In this document: positions 8,965-18,913 of the stretch, in pieces
Position numbering within the stretch: position 1 is the stretch's first letter
Layout of the letters: each line of letters opens with the position of its first letter
Origin: a virus
Taxonomy: Duplodnaviria > Caudoviricetes
Virus record (IMG/VR): IMGVR_UViG_3300021399_000115
Coordinates: 32,001-96,000 of that record
Strand: one strand, 5' to 3'
Length of the DNA stretch: 64,000 nucleotides
Made by a program: the position numbers and the translations under genes
The notes under the pieces: generated by a model
The model's input: only the letters and a program-made list of their open reading frames with translations
Database searches by the model: none
What the model was told of the DNA's origin: nothing

Positions 8965-9281
8965 TGTCTCTTCACCTCACTTGAATACCACACGGTGATT
9001 TCATCGCTACCGCAAATTCGGCAGCATAACAAGTCGCCATCTATATCAAGTACTTCCGCACGAATACCATTGTTGGTAACTAAATCCCCGATTTGGATTG
9101 GCGGTTTATCATCCTTGTGTTTCTTAAATCGTAGCTTACCGCGAGATTTCTCCAACATCGAAATATCATTTAGTCGATTAGCAATATTAGGATTTTCCCC
9201 CAGAAGAAGAGTATCTTTGATAAGATAGGTATAAACATCATCCAGGAGAAAATTATCAGTTTCTATTACACAATTACTCAT
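8961..9281 (-). CDS. hypothetical protein
   Basis: in operon; ATGA overlap. Confidence 0.6.
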   Translation of the reverse strand: MSNCVIETDNFLLDDVYTYLIKDTLLLGENPNIANRLNDISMLEKSRGKLRFKKHKDDKPPIQIGDLVTNNGIRAEVLDIDGDLLCCRICGSDEITVWYSSEVKRQ

Positions 9282-9285
9282 ATTA

Positions 9286-10527
9286 TTACCTTAGTTCCAC
9301 CAGATATTTAATAGTTACTTGATCCACGTTGTAAAAAACAATCTCATCGTTTCTGAGCATAGAGCCAGCATGAGCGTGGAGACAATTTGCTCCAGGACAA
9401 TCTTCTCTTAATCTTTTATAGTTATAGTTGTAATATTTACTATCAAAAGAATAAACATCGTATGGCTTACCATAATGAAAATTCATTAATGCCATAAAAG
9501 CAGATGAAGAATTCCCCCTTGCCCAGTAAGAACCGCTTAATGAAGTATATCCAAGAGATTTCCGTGCAGTTGGCGAGGCATAGATCGCATCTCCAAACAT
9601 CGAGCCTGTGTATACGGCATTAGAAGGTCTTATCATTAGTCCATTGTTAATAATTGACCACCAGTTCTCATTTCTGCTTCCATGCCAAAACAATCTAACG
9701 TCTTTAATATTTTCTTTTTCTACAAAATCATCAAATCGTTTTTGTGTAGCCAAGTTGGTTACTCTCCATGCTTGATAGAATTTATCTTTGCAATCACCCA
9801 ACATATCTTTAATGACTTCAATTTCGGTATCGTTAACGGGTTCCATCACAATACCCATGGCTTCAAGAATTGTTTTGTCATTAATCGGAGAATTTTCAAC
9901 GCTATCATCTCGAACCGTCTGCTCATCATCCAGAGCCGAGTGAGTGATTACCTGGCCTCGCATAACATCAAGCAGATCTTGCTCATCTTTAATAATACGG
10001 GCAAAATCATCGGTTGACTTAGCCAAATAATCATTAACATTACTCATCTTTCGGGGAATTGTGGTAAACAATTTCATCAATTCCTCATTAAACGGCTTAA
10101 TCGTTGTTATCGTTGTAAGGCTATCAATTATTTTCTGTGCCTCGTCAACCATCGCCTGGGTAACTTGATTTGATTCCACACGGTAATTTTGCTGGACCTT
10201 CTTTTTAGCCATACTCATTAGGCGATCAACAATCTCTGCTATGGCAGCATTTTCGATTGCTTTATACTCCGGAGTATCCGGCTTCGTGTCTACCACGGAT
10301 ATTAAATCTTCCATCAGATGTGTCTGATCTACATAACCTTTGCGGATTTTCTCATTATATTTTTTATCCCAGTCGCGCAGAGGGTAAGTCCTCGTCTGAG
10401 AACTCGCCCCTACTCTGCCGTACTGAACCGTAAAAGTTTCGCCGTCGGTATTCGCCAGCATCCGATAGTATTTATTGTTATTGTTTGACGACACCATCAC
10501 TAAATATACAGGCTTATAATCACTCAT
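9286..10527 (-). CDS. poly(ADP-ribose) polymerase-like protein (WGR + helical regulatory + catalytic ART domain)
   Basis: NNNKYY...YGRVG (WGR); LFWHGS, GSMFGDAIY and RNDEIV give an H-Y-E triad. Confidence 0.9.
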   Translation of the reverse strand: MSDYKPVYLVMVSSNNNNKYYRMLANTDGETFTVQYGRVGASSQTRTYPLRDWDKKYNEKIRKGYVDQTHLMEDLISVVDTKPDTPEYKAIENAAIAEIVDRLMSMAKKKVQQNYRVESNQVTQAMVDEAQKIIDSLTTITTIKPFNEELMKLFTTIPRKMSNVNDYLAKSTDDFARIIKDEQDLLDVMRGQVITHSALDDEQTVRDDSVENSPINDKTILEAMGIVMEPVNDTEIEVIKDMLGDCKDKFYQAWRVTNLATQKRFDDFVEKENIKDVRLFWHGSRNENWWSIINNGLMIRPSNAVYTGSMFGDAIYASPTARKSLGYTSLSGSYWARGNSSSAFMALMNFHYGKPYDVYSFDSKYYNYNYKRLREDCPGANCLHAHAGSMLRNDEIVFYNVDQVTIKYLVELR

Positions 10528-10529
10528 AA

Positions 10530-10982
10530 TTAACCCTCATATGCGGAACAAACATACCTAAATACTTCATCACCTACATACATTACAATATTGATATTAG
10601 TGTCGAAAAATATCTCATCGATTGCCTGGAGGACATCATCAACGGCAAAACCATTTTTCCCGGTACAAATTGCCGGCATGGCAACTTTTGTGATACCGTT
10701 CTTTTTACATTTTGCCTTAAACTCCTCAAGACAAGCAATAAGATTATCAAACACCGGTTTATCATAACTCATATCTTTAACAAGCAGCATATATAAATTA
10801 TCAAGTCGGGCAAGCTTACCGCCCTTAAATACTTTAATATTGGATTTACGTTTCTCAATATTAAACATCTGATCCATTACTTTATTGATACCGACGCTAC
10901 AATTAAAGTCGGCTGAAAACGCACTGACGATTGTATAACCCTGGGGTGCGAGTTTTATATCTGCATTAATAAAATTAATCAT
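10530..10982 (-). CDS. macrodomain protein (TARG1/DarG-like)
   Basis: INADI, SADFNCSVGI, LYMLLVK, KVAMPAICTGKNG. Confidence 0.75.
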   Translation of the reverse strand: MINFINADIKLAPQGYTIVSAFSADFNCSVGINKVMDQMFNIEKRKSNIKVFKGGKLARLDNLYMLLVKDMSYDKPVFDNLIACLEEFKAKCKKNGITKVAMPAICTGKNGFAVDDVLQAIDEIFFDTNINIVMYVGDEVFRYVCSAYEG

Positions 10983-10993
10983 AATCTTTCTCC

Positions 10994-11527
10994 TTATTTA
11001 ATCATATTCCTTAAGTGATAGCAGAAATGTCCATAGATAAAGTAACCGCTGTATTTAGGGTCTTTCATAAAAACAAACGGTACATTAAACTCATGCCAAA
11101 AACTATGGACAGTGCCATAATAACTTTTGGCTGCGTATTGTGATCTGTAATTCCCCAGAATCATATCCTCATAGCTTGCATTTTCGATGAGGATTAATTT
11201 ATTAGCCGGAGCAAGTGTGAGTTCTTTTTTGATTCTGTCTCGTTCCTTCGTAACGTTACCGGCAAACTCGTCCAAATTTGCTTTTCGCTCTATGCAAATT
11301 TCGCGGTCAAACCATAAATCACGCGGTATTCCGAGGGCTTCGTTCTTTTTCAGGTAATAGCTGTAATCGCCGTAATTAAGCTTAGTGCTGACCCAGGGGA
11401 TTCCTTTGCTATCGAAGTAATCCGTAATATGGGAATTCTTCTGCTCACGGGTATCGCAAATAACTATTATATTTTTAAGTAGTTCCTTCTCCTCAGCCTA
11501 TGTGTAGTGATAATTTTCTAATATCAT
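10994..11527 (-). CDS. ERCC4/XPF-type nuclease (putative resolvase) with in-frame TAG at codon 10
   Basis: Manual: GAGGAG RBS, MILENYHYT*AEEKELL..ICDTREQ..GDY..IERK..LDE; continuous with track ORF 10994-11275. Confidence 0.8.
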
Positions 11528-11540
11528 TGTTATCTCCTCA

Positions 11541-12245
11541 TTAAATGTGACAATCTACTATGGTCAATATCCAATTTGGATCTGAGCCGCTAATGAATCT
11601 ATCATCATAGTTACTAACCCAATCAATCCATGACTGGTCGGACTCATCACTCATACCGAACCATCCCATGTTGCCCGGAGCATGCCATTCACCGTCTGGG
11701 GTAACTACTGCATATGTGGAAAATGTCGCCATAAGTCTGGCATATGTTTCCGCATCCCTATAACGGCGAGTATAATACTCTTTCTTGAACCCGTTGAAAA
11801 AGGATTCCTTAGTTTCTCCAGATGTCAGCGGTGAATCGTTGACTACGACATCCCAGTATCTCAAACGATATTGGTATTCCGCTTCGTCTACATCAAGATC
11901 AAAATCTTTAATTCTGCCCTCATCGATTGGAGTTCCATTTTTATTCTTTAGCAATCCAGAATACCTTCCGCCCGGTTCCCACCAATCCCATTTGGATTTT
12001 GGATTATACATGGAAATCAAGTTGCCGTTGATATCAACTTTATAATCGTCTGCCATATACTCATAACAAGCTTCATCTGAGGCATTTTTGTCCATATAAT
12101 GTTCTCTGGCATATGCTATTGCTTCATCTCGGGTGTATTCTATATATGGTTCAACTTCGAGATTTTCATTATATGGTGCTAGTAATTCTTCTACTGATTG
12201 ATCGTCACGGTGTATAACCGCTACCGCAAAATGGCTCATAATCAT
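11541..12245 (-). CDS. conserved phage hypothetical protein
   Basis: MSHF.VAV, YNPKSKWDWW..GGR, VDCHI. Confidence 0.75.
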   Translation of the reverse strand: MIMSHFAVAVIHRDDQSVEELLAPYNENLEVEPYIEYTRDEAIAYAREHYMDKNASDEACYEYMADDYKVDINGNLISMYNPKSKWDWWEPGGRYSGLLKNKNGTPIDEGRIKDFDLDVDEAEYQYRLRYWDVVVNDSPLTSGETKESFFNGFKKEYYTRRYRDAETYARLMATFSTYAVVTPDGEWHAPGNMGWFGMSDESDQSWIDWVSNYDDRFISGSDPNWILTIVDCHI

Positions 12246-12260
12246 ATTCTCCTTTAATAA

Positions 12261-12962
12261 TTAATCATTAGGTTCTTTAAAAAGCGGCGGTTTCTCGCCA
12301 CTAGAAATAACCTTTAAACATTCGTCAACAATGTCCTTGCAAAGTTCCGGCGGATATATAGCCTTTAGTGCCGGGTCTTTGATAGCCTGGAGACCGGTTC
12401 TGGCGCCTCGACTTGCCGGTTCATGACATGGGTCACCATTTTTGCAAGGTGGTTTTAAATGAAGGTCGATGTTGCTAAAAAAGTCTGTAGCCTTGCGGTA
12501 ACTGAAACCGTACTGGCAATATGTGGTAGTATTGATATACGGAATACACTTCATGAAATCCATCTTGCGGAGAGCGCCGACAGGATTCTCCCAAATCTGG
12601 ATTGTGGGATTAAGTTCCTTAACTAACTCTATGCAATGGATATTGAGTTCGTCCGCAAGACGGGCTTTGTCAGTCTTAGGTGCGAGATTTCCGCTGGGTT
12701 CCTTGGTTCGGTGACGACCGATTGCAGCCACGGAGTATGTGGTGCAATCAGTGCCGAGAAAAATTATATCGGGCTTGCCGAATACTTCCAGTATTTCTTC
12801 GGCAGTTATGTCCCGAATGTCCTTGTGAAGGTCACTCGGAAAACGTTCGTCATAATCAACGGTAAAGCACTGACATCCTCGTTCTCTGAATGCATTACTC
12901 ATGCACTCAAAGCCGGAGAATAGTTCCAGTACTTTAATCGGTTCTTTAAGTGGTTTGTTCAT
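12261..12962 (-). CDS. short C5 DNA methyltransferase-like protein
   Basis: VLELFSG, DCTTYS (catalytic C, non-canonical PC), WENP, YCQYG, RKATD. Confidence 0.75.
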   Translation of the reverse strand: MNKPLKEPIKVLELFSGFECMSNAFRERGCQCFTVDYDERFPSDLHKDIRDITAEEILEVFGKPDIIFLGTDCTTYSVAAIGRHRTKEPSGNLAPKTDKARLADELNIHCIELVKELNPTIQIWENPVGALRKMDFMKCIPYINTTTYCQYGFSYRKATDFFSNIDLHLKPPCKNGDPCHEPASRGARTGLQAIKDPALKAIYPPELCKDIVDECLKVISSGEKPPLFKEPND

Positions 12963-12979
12963 CTATTTGTTACTCCTCT

Positions 12980-13008
12980 ATTATAGCATTATAATTCAGT
13001 ATTTACAA
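12980..13008 (-). promoter_or_regulatory. sigma-A type promoter
   Basis: TTGTAA-17-TATAAT with extended TG. Confidence 0.65.
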
Positions 13009-13026
13009 GGGATTTAATAAATTATT

Positions 13027-13557
13027 TCACTGTTTCTCCCAATCTGAATCAGTAGGTAATTTTCCGCCAAATCGATAATGATCGGCACTCCATTTTAATT
13101 CTAATAATTCGTCAGTGTGTTTTCGCGCTGCGGTATTATATTCGTCGTTCGTAATTTCTTTCATTGTATTTAAAGTTCTATTCCATATATCATCTACATA
13201 AAACCCATAAAAATCAAAGTTACCTAAAAAATAATCCCCAGGACGACTTATGGCTGACCTTTTATAATCAAACCAATATAATGGATGTTCATAGAATATA
13301 AGCGCCGAAACATAATCATCATTGTTTGATCTTTCTGAAATTATTTTGTAATATTTTTTCATTTTAGGGAATATACCATTTTTCGGGCGCGTATCTTCAC
13401 AATAACATTTTCCAACATATTTCCTATTAGTGTTGACATTTTCTCGAATTTGGCTATTGTATTTTTCTTCGATTACTTTTCTTAATTCGGCTAATATTTT
13501 TTGTTTATATTCATCGGAAAGACTATTAATTTCATTTAATATTTCATCTATTTTCAT
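13027..13557 (-). CDS. hypothetical protein
   Basis: 176-aa ORF, AGGAG RBS. Confidence 0.65.
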   Translation of the reverse strand: MKIDEILNEINSLSDEYKQKILAELRKVIEEKYNSQIRENVNTNRKYVGKCYCEDTRPKNGIFPKMKKYYKIISERSNNDDYVSALIFYEHPLYWFDYKRSAISRPGDYFLGNFDFYGFYVDDIWNRTLNTMKEITNDEYNTAARKHTDELLELKWSADHYRFGGKLPTDSDWEKQ

Positions 13558-13569
13558 AATGATTACTCC

Positions 13570-16500
13570 TTATAAATTGTCGATCATGTCGTAATCATAC
13601 ATCCAAGCATACATAACCGATGGGTCACTCTCCCAACCGGTATCCGTCTTTTTAATCTTGGGTTCTTTCCCCCAAGATATTAGATATAAAATATCTCCAT
13701 TCGCAAACGGCTGATCGGTAAATGATTTCTTGCATTTGTCATTGCGATTCTTGGGATTACGCTTTTTACGCACTCTCATTTCGGCGGTCGAACCATTATT
13801 TAAGCAGTATGCGGTAAACTTCGGCGAGTACTTATCGTCAAGCTGCGTGACTACGAAATAATTCTTGGGAAGTTTTGGGTCTTTATAATCAATATAGCCG
13901 AGAAGTTCTTCTTCGTATTTGATTTTCTGTTTAACAGAACACGGCGGATACTGACATATGTTTAATAAATATTTCAGTAGTTGCCTAGTATGAATACCAT
14001 CAAATTTGCCGTATACGGTTTTGGTTGCATACTTCTGTTTTTCTTCATCGGTTATCTCATACTTCTTAAAAATCTTTGCGAAGCTATAGCCGTTGGGGAT
14101 TTTATCCTTAGTGCCGTCATCATGTTTCTCATGCTTATATTTGATACAATCCTGAAGTTCTTCTTCGATATTAACTATGCCGAGTGAACGTAGATACAGA
14201 TTGTAGTCAATTTCGTCAACATGTGTCGGTGTTTCGGAATCGCAGAATTTACGGAGTGTTTCCTCTGTGAGTAACTTTACGAATGGGGAATCCTTTTTGA
14301 TGGATTTTTTGCCGTATAATTTATCAAACTGCCCGGTAATTTGTAATAACTGATTTATATCACCAAAATCGCTAAAAAATCCTAGCTTTATAAGAATATC
14401 CAACTGAGTTTTATTTACCGATGTATTTTCTTTTATATCAAATAGAAGATCAACAAAATCGTTATAATGATTCTTGCTCAATTCATATAACTCTTCTGCC
14501 ATTTTTGCATTGCACTCTTTGATAGATTCAATATCATTGTAAATACAATTCTCATCTACATCCATAAAATAGTCTGCACGAGATTTTCCGAATCTAATAG
14601 GTCTAATCTGAATACCTTTTGATTTAACATATGATTTAATCTCTATCATCTTGGATTCATTCGCTTTATATACATTTAAAGCAGCAGTAAAAAGCTGAAG
14701 CGGATAATAGTAGCGTAAATATCCAATATACCATCCAATCATGCTGTAAGGTACCGAATGATTTTTTGAAAAAATATATGACGAGGCATCCTCTATTACA
14801 CCAAGAAAATACTCAATACTTTTTTCAGCATGTTCTTTTGTCATACCATATTTTTCTTGTGCTATATGTATATATCCAGGAACATATCTATCATCTTTAT
14901 TACCGTGAATATCATCCATATATCCACCATCTTTAATAATAGGTATATATTTTTCAGTACCAGTTTTTTTGGCAAATCCTCTTCTAATAATATCGGCTTG
15001 ACCCATTGTAAAACCACAGAAATCATGTAAAAAATCTATAATCTGCTCTTGGTAAACGAGGTACCCCAGTGTAGAAACTAAAAAATTATTTAGGGCTTCT
15101 TCACCGTTATCGTGATACTCACCATTGAATAATGCATCTCTATATGATTCACCAGCCGGTCGAATTGCACCTGACGCCATTGCCATAATATCCAAATATG
15201 ATATGTTTTTATTTTTCTTCTTAATTTTGTCAACAGTCTTTGGGCTAAATACTTTGCCCAATGCTTCTCCAGCATAATCAGACTCGAACTGGAATATCAT
15301 TGTTGCATCTTCAGCAATTGATTTAATAATATTCTCGTCCGTGAAATCAACCATATCTGGAGTAAGATTTGGTATCCCGGCCAACTTACATGCTTTGTTT
15401 ATTAACCCGACAGCATTTAATCCAAGAAGATCCATCTTGACATAATTTAAAGAATCAATTTCATGCATGTCAATCTGACTAACAGGACGGGGGTCTGTAT
15501 CAACCGTAAGAGTCCCAAAATCATATCTTAAATCAGTTGGAGAAACTACTATTCCGGCTGCGTGTCGCCCAAGCGATACTATTGTTCCCATGACCATATC
15601 CACATAAAAAAATAGTTCTGGATATTTTTTTCTTATTTCATCTGGAACGAACTCATTTTTTTTGTCATCTTCATAGACGGTATTAGAAATTTTTTGTGCT
15701 TCATCAATTGGCATATCAAATGCCCTTGCAACGTCTTTAATGGCGCCTCTCATTTTTATTGTATTAAAAGTAAGAATGTTACAACAATATACGTCAGGAC
15801 GATTAAAGAAATATTCTCGCACCTTATATCTATCTTCGGCATAAATATCGGTATCCACGTCAGCCAACGATTGGCGGTCTGGGTTCATAAACCTGGAAAA
15901 ATTTAAATTATATTTTACAGAATCGACATCAGTGCTATGTATAAGCCATGCAATTAAACTGCCTGACACAGATCCTCTTGATGGTCCATAATACATGCCT
16001 TGTTCTCTCATCCAATTTTTATAATCAGAGTCAAGCAACATAAAATCTATAGCATCATTATGCTTATATGTGTCGAATTCTTCTTTTATCCTCGGAAGAT
16101 AATCAGTCTCATAATTTGGCAGCTCTTCAAGTTTATGTTCTTTAATTCCATCCTTGATACGTTTTTTAAATTCCTCTTCCGCATTTTCTCTTCTAGGATA
16201 TTTATTACTATAATCAAGTTTATAATCTTCAACTAACTCTGCAATATGATTTGTTTCAGCTATAGCGGCAAGATAAACTTCTTCTTGGAGCGAGTCCTGT
16301 GTTTTAAAAACATTAATCATTTCGTTATAATCATGCCAGCTTAAATCACATTCATCCTCATCATGAAACACAATTTTTTTTGATTTTTGCATGACGGCTC
16401 TTCCCATTAAGTGATCTTTAGATACTGCATGCACATCACTCGTGGCAACAAGAGGGATATTGAATTCCTGTGATATTTTATAAAGATACTGATTATACTG

Positions 16501-17055
16501 AATTTGAGTATCGAACTTATGCGGTTGTATTTCTAACCAACAACGATGTTTATTATTGATTATAAATGTGAGAAATTTTTCTTTTACTGAAGATGTCCCC
16601 CTACATAAAATGCCGGCACAACAAGCGGTAAGTATTAAAACATTATCAGAAGTATTAAGGACATCAGATAATTCAATCCTTGGTGTGTAATAATAATGTC
16701 CATCCTCCCGGTTATTAGCTATTGATGAGAGATAATTAATCTCTCTAACGCCCTCTTTATTTTTAGCAAGCATTATAAGATGATAATTATCTCTCACTAA
16801 ATTTTCTTTATCGATTGTTTCTGTTATATAAAATTCTTGACCGTGGATGTATTTTATTCCATTCTTTTCACACATCTGCTTTTTAGCAACGTTATGTAGT
16901 ACCGCGCCATGTTCTGTAAAAGCGATAGCTGTCATACCACATTCTTTTGCTTTTAATATATAATCCTGAAACGGTGTTACTGAATCTATTGTTAAACCAC
17001 TTTTAGGGTTGGAATCCATACTATGTAAATGAAGCACGGTATAATTATTACCCAT
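13570..17055 (-). CDS. dnaE: DNA polymerase III alpha subunit
   Basis: PHP domain (HLHS, FTEHG, SDVH), SRGSVSGS, ADVDTD, GRHAAG, KMDLLGL, YQEQ, FSKNHS. Confidence 0.95.
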   Translation of the reverse strand: MGNNYTVLHLHSMDSNPKSGLTIDSVTPFQDYILKAKECGMTAIAFTEHGAVLHNVAKKQMCEKNGIKYIHGQEFYITETIDKENLVRDNYHLIMLAKNKEGVREINYLSSIANNREDGHYYYTPRIELSDVLNTSDNVLILTACCAGILCRGTSSVKEKFLTFIINNKHRCWLEIQPHKFDTQIQYNQYLYKISQEFNIPLVATSDVHAVSKDHLMGRAVMQKSKKIVFHDEDECDLSWHDYNEMINVFKTQDSLQEEVYLAAIAETNHIAELVEDYKLDYSNKYPRRENAEEEFKKRIKDGIKEHKLEELPNYETDYLPRIKEEFDTYKHNDAIDFMLLDSDYKNWMREQGMYYGPSRGSVSGSLIAWLIHSTDVDSVKYNLNFSRFMNPDRQSLADVDTDIYAEDRYKVREYFFNRPDVYCCNILTFNTIKMRGAIKDVARAFDMPIDEAQKISNTVYEDDKKNEFVPDEIRKKYPELFFYVDMVMGTIVSLGRHAAGIVVSPTDLRYDFGTLTVDTDPRPVSQIDMHEIDSLNYVKMDLLGLNAVGLINKACKLAGIPNLTPDMVDFTDENIIKSIAEDATMIFQFESDYAGEALGKVFSPKTVDKIKKKNKNISYLDIMAMASGAIRPAGESYRDALFNGEYHDNGEEALNNFLVSTLGYLVYQEQIIDFLHDFCGFTMGQADIIRRGFAKKTGTEKYIPIIKDGGYMDDIHGNKDDRYVPGYIHIAQEKYGMTKEHAEKSIEYFLGVIEDASSYIFSKNHSVPYSMIGWYIGYLRYYYPLQLFTAALNVYKANESKMIEIKSYVKSKGIQIRPIRFGKSRADYFMDVDENCIYNDIESIKECNAKMAEELYELSKNHYNDFVDLLFDIKENTSVNKTQLDILIKLGFFSDFGDINQLLQITGQFDKLYGKKSIKKDSPFVKLLTEETLRKFCDSETPTHVDEIDYNLYLRSLGIVNIEEELQDCIKYKHEKHDDGTKDKIPNGYSFAKIFKKYEITDEEKQKYATKTVYGKFDGIHTRQLLKYLLNICQYPPCSVKQKIKYEEELLGYIDYKDPKLPKNYFVVTQLDDKYSPKFTAYCLNNGSTAEMRVRKKRNPKNRNDKCKKSFTDQPFANGDILYLISWGKEPKIKKTDTGWESDPSVMYAWMYDYDMIDNL

Positions 17056-17967
17056 TTATGCCACCTTTAATACCTTATATTTAATAATATCTAAATTACT
17101 CGGTACATTCTCTAAAATTATTTTATTCATTATATCGCTTGATTCTTTATCAAGTGTGATATATCTTGTGTCTTTTTGATACCATGCAATAGCATTAAAA
17201 AGTTCTTTTAATTTTCTAATATATAAATCCTTCTCTTCCTTACTCCACTCAGCTAAACATATTTCCCAGTCATATCCATTATAATAACCATCGTCCAAAA
17301 AATGAGTTGAAAATCCAAAATCATCCAGATAATCAATTTTATCATATCGTGTCATATCTCTAATTTTAGCCAACTGGTCGATTTCTCTAGTTGTTATTCT
17401 ATATGATGCTTGACATTCATAAGACTTATTATTAAACCATTTTATTTTCGCTGGATAACACGTTGGCCCTTTTAATTTACACATGTTTTTTAATATATTA
17501 AACTTCCAAAACATATAATCCTTCTGATTTTCCGCATGTGACTCAATATATACAGAATGCTTTTTTGCTATATGCCCATCACCAAGACATCCAGAAATAA
17601 CCAACATTTTTTGTAAATCATTTAATCTAAAATCTCGTTTATAGTCTAAGCGATGCTTCTCATATAGCCATTTTTCAATTACTCTCTTTGAGTATCCAGA
17701 TTCTTCTGCTATTTCTTCGGCTGACATACATCTATTAATAAAACGTTCATAGCACCAATCATAATCATTATAATCGGCACTATATTTTGCGTTATTTGTT
17801 TTAATGTATTTTTTTGTTAATCCAATTTTTTTAGCCTTTGAAGAAATAGCTCCAGTCGTTCTTTTCGGAAGCATTTTAATAACTTCGGACATTGGCATAT
17901 ATTTGCTATAACACTCTTCTAGTATTTTTATCTCTTCATCTGTCCATTCAGATCCTTTCTTTGCCAA
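17056..17967 (-). CDS. free-standing LAGLIDADG-type homing endonuclease with N-terminal Myb/HTH-like region
   Basis: SGCLGDGHI and FLDDG motifs, QKDYMFWK; WTDEEIKIL N-terminus. Confidence 0.8.
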   Translation of the reverse strand: MAKKGSEWTDEEIKILEECYSKYMPMSEVIKMLPKRTTGAISSKAKKIGLTKKYIKTNNAKYSADYNDYDWCYERFINRCMSAEEIAEESGYSKRVIEKWLYEKHRLDYKRDFRLNDLQKMLVISGCLGDGHIAKKHSVYIESHAENQKDYMFWKFNILKNMCKLKGPTCYPAKIKWFNNKSYECQASYRITTREIDQLAKIRDMTRYDKIDYLDDFGFSTHFLDDGYYNGYDWEICLAEWSKEEKDLYIRKLKELFNAIAWYQKDTRYITLDKESSDIMNKIILENVPSNLDIIKYKVLKVA

Positions 17968-18837
17968 TCAATCACCACCCTCATTCATTATCCTCAACAT
18001 CTCCAACTGTTCATATTTATACGGGCAATGATACCTAATAGAACACAAATTCATGCAGTAAAACGGCGGGTATTTATTCTCCTCTTGGGCTTTAATAAGT
18101 TCTTTATTTATACCCCATTCAGTCTCATTCTCAATTCTATTAATCGTATCAGCTGCCCAGGTAATACTGGCTTCATATTCCTTCTGATCAAACGGTATTT
18201 CAATAAATCGTTGTTCCTTGAATAAATTCCATTTTAATTTATCCACATGACCATATTCTTCAATTATTGGTTTTGCATACAGGTATAACTGTTTCTTAAA
18301 TGATTCAAAATGCTCTCTGTCTTTCTTGGAAACTGCGCCTGATTTAAGAATTTTTATCGAAGCACTTTTGTGGTCTTCGATAATAATCTCACCAGTGTCT
18401 TTATCCTGGAGCAACAAATCTATGAATCCGATACAATCATAACCGTTGATGTCGAAGTTTACCTCACGTTCCACGCCGAGTATATTATAGCGGTCAAGGT
18501 CTAGATTAATGTTATCCAGGTAATCTAAACCTTGTTCATAATACTTCTGGCGAAGGTCAACGTATTTATTCGGCGGAAAATCATAGGTCACCACTTCATT
18601 AAAATGTTCTTCGTAGTACTGGCTCAATTCAAATATATCAAGTTCACCTTTAGCGTATTTTTCCAAAATAGAATGGATTAGCGAACCAAACTGTGCCATT
18701 GCGGAATCATCTTTTTCGGTAGTAGCATCAATGTAAACTCTATACCACTCGTATGGGCACGTATCGAAGCTATTTAGCCGTGAAAAGCTCCACTTCATCG
18801 TTGATATAACAAAATCATCACAATTGTATTCATTCAT
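17968..18837 (-). CDS. PD-(D/E)xK RecB/Cas4-like exonuclease
   Basis: WSFSRL..CP, GFIDL, IEDHKS, QLYLY, C-terminal Cys cluster. Confidence 0.9.
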   Translation of the reverse strand: MNEYNCDDFVISTMKWSFSRLNSFDTCPYEWYRVYIDATTEKDDSAMAQFGSLIHSILEKYAKGELDIFELSQYYEEHFNEVVTYDFPPNKYVDLRQKYYEQGLDYLDNINLDLDRYNILGVEREVNFDINGYDCIGFIDLLLQDKDTGEIIIEDHKSASIKILKSGAVSKKDREHFESFKKQLYLYAKPIIEEYGHVDKLKWNLFKEQRFIEIPFDQKEYEASITWAADTINRIENETEWGINKELIKAQEENKYPPFYCMNLCSIRYHCPYKYEQLEMLRIMNEGGD

Positions 18838-18913
18838 CCGGTGATAATTCTCCTTTATTGTGTTATGTGGTACATGAACTATAGTTTATAATCCATGTAC
18901 CACATCGTTAATA

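Noticed and set aside
13570-17055. Intein or intron in dnaE
   Set aside because: Catalytic motifs are contiguous and no intein termini are visible; the endonuclease gene lies outside the reading frame.
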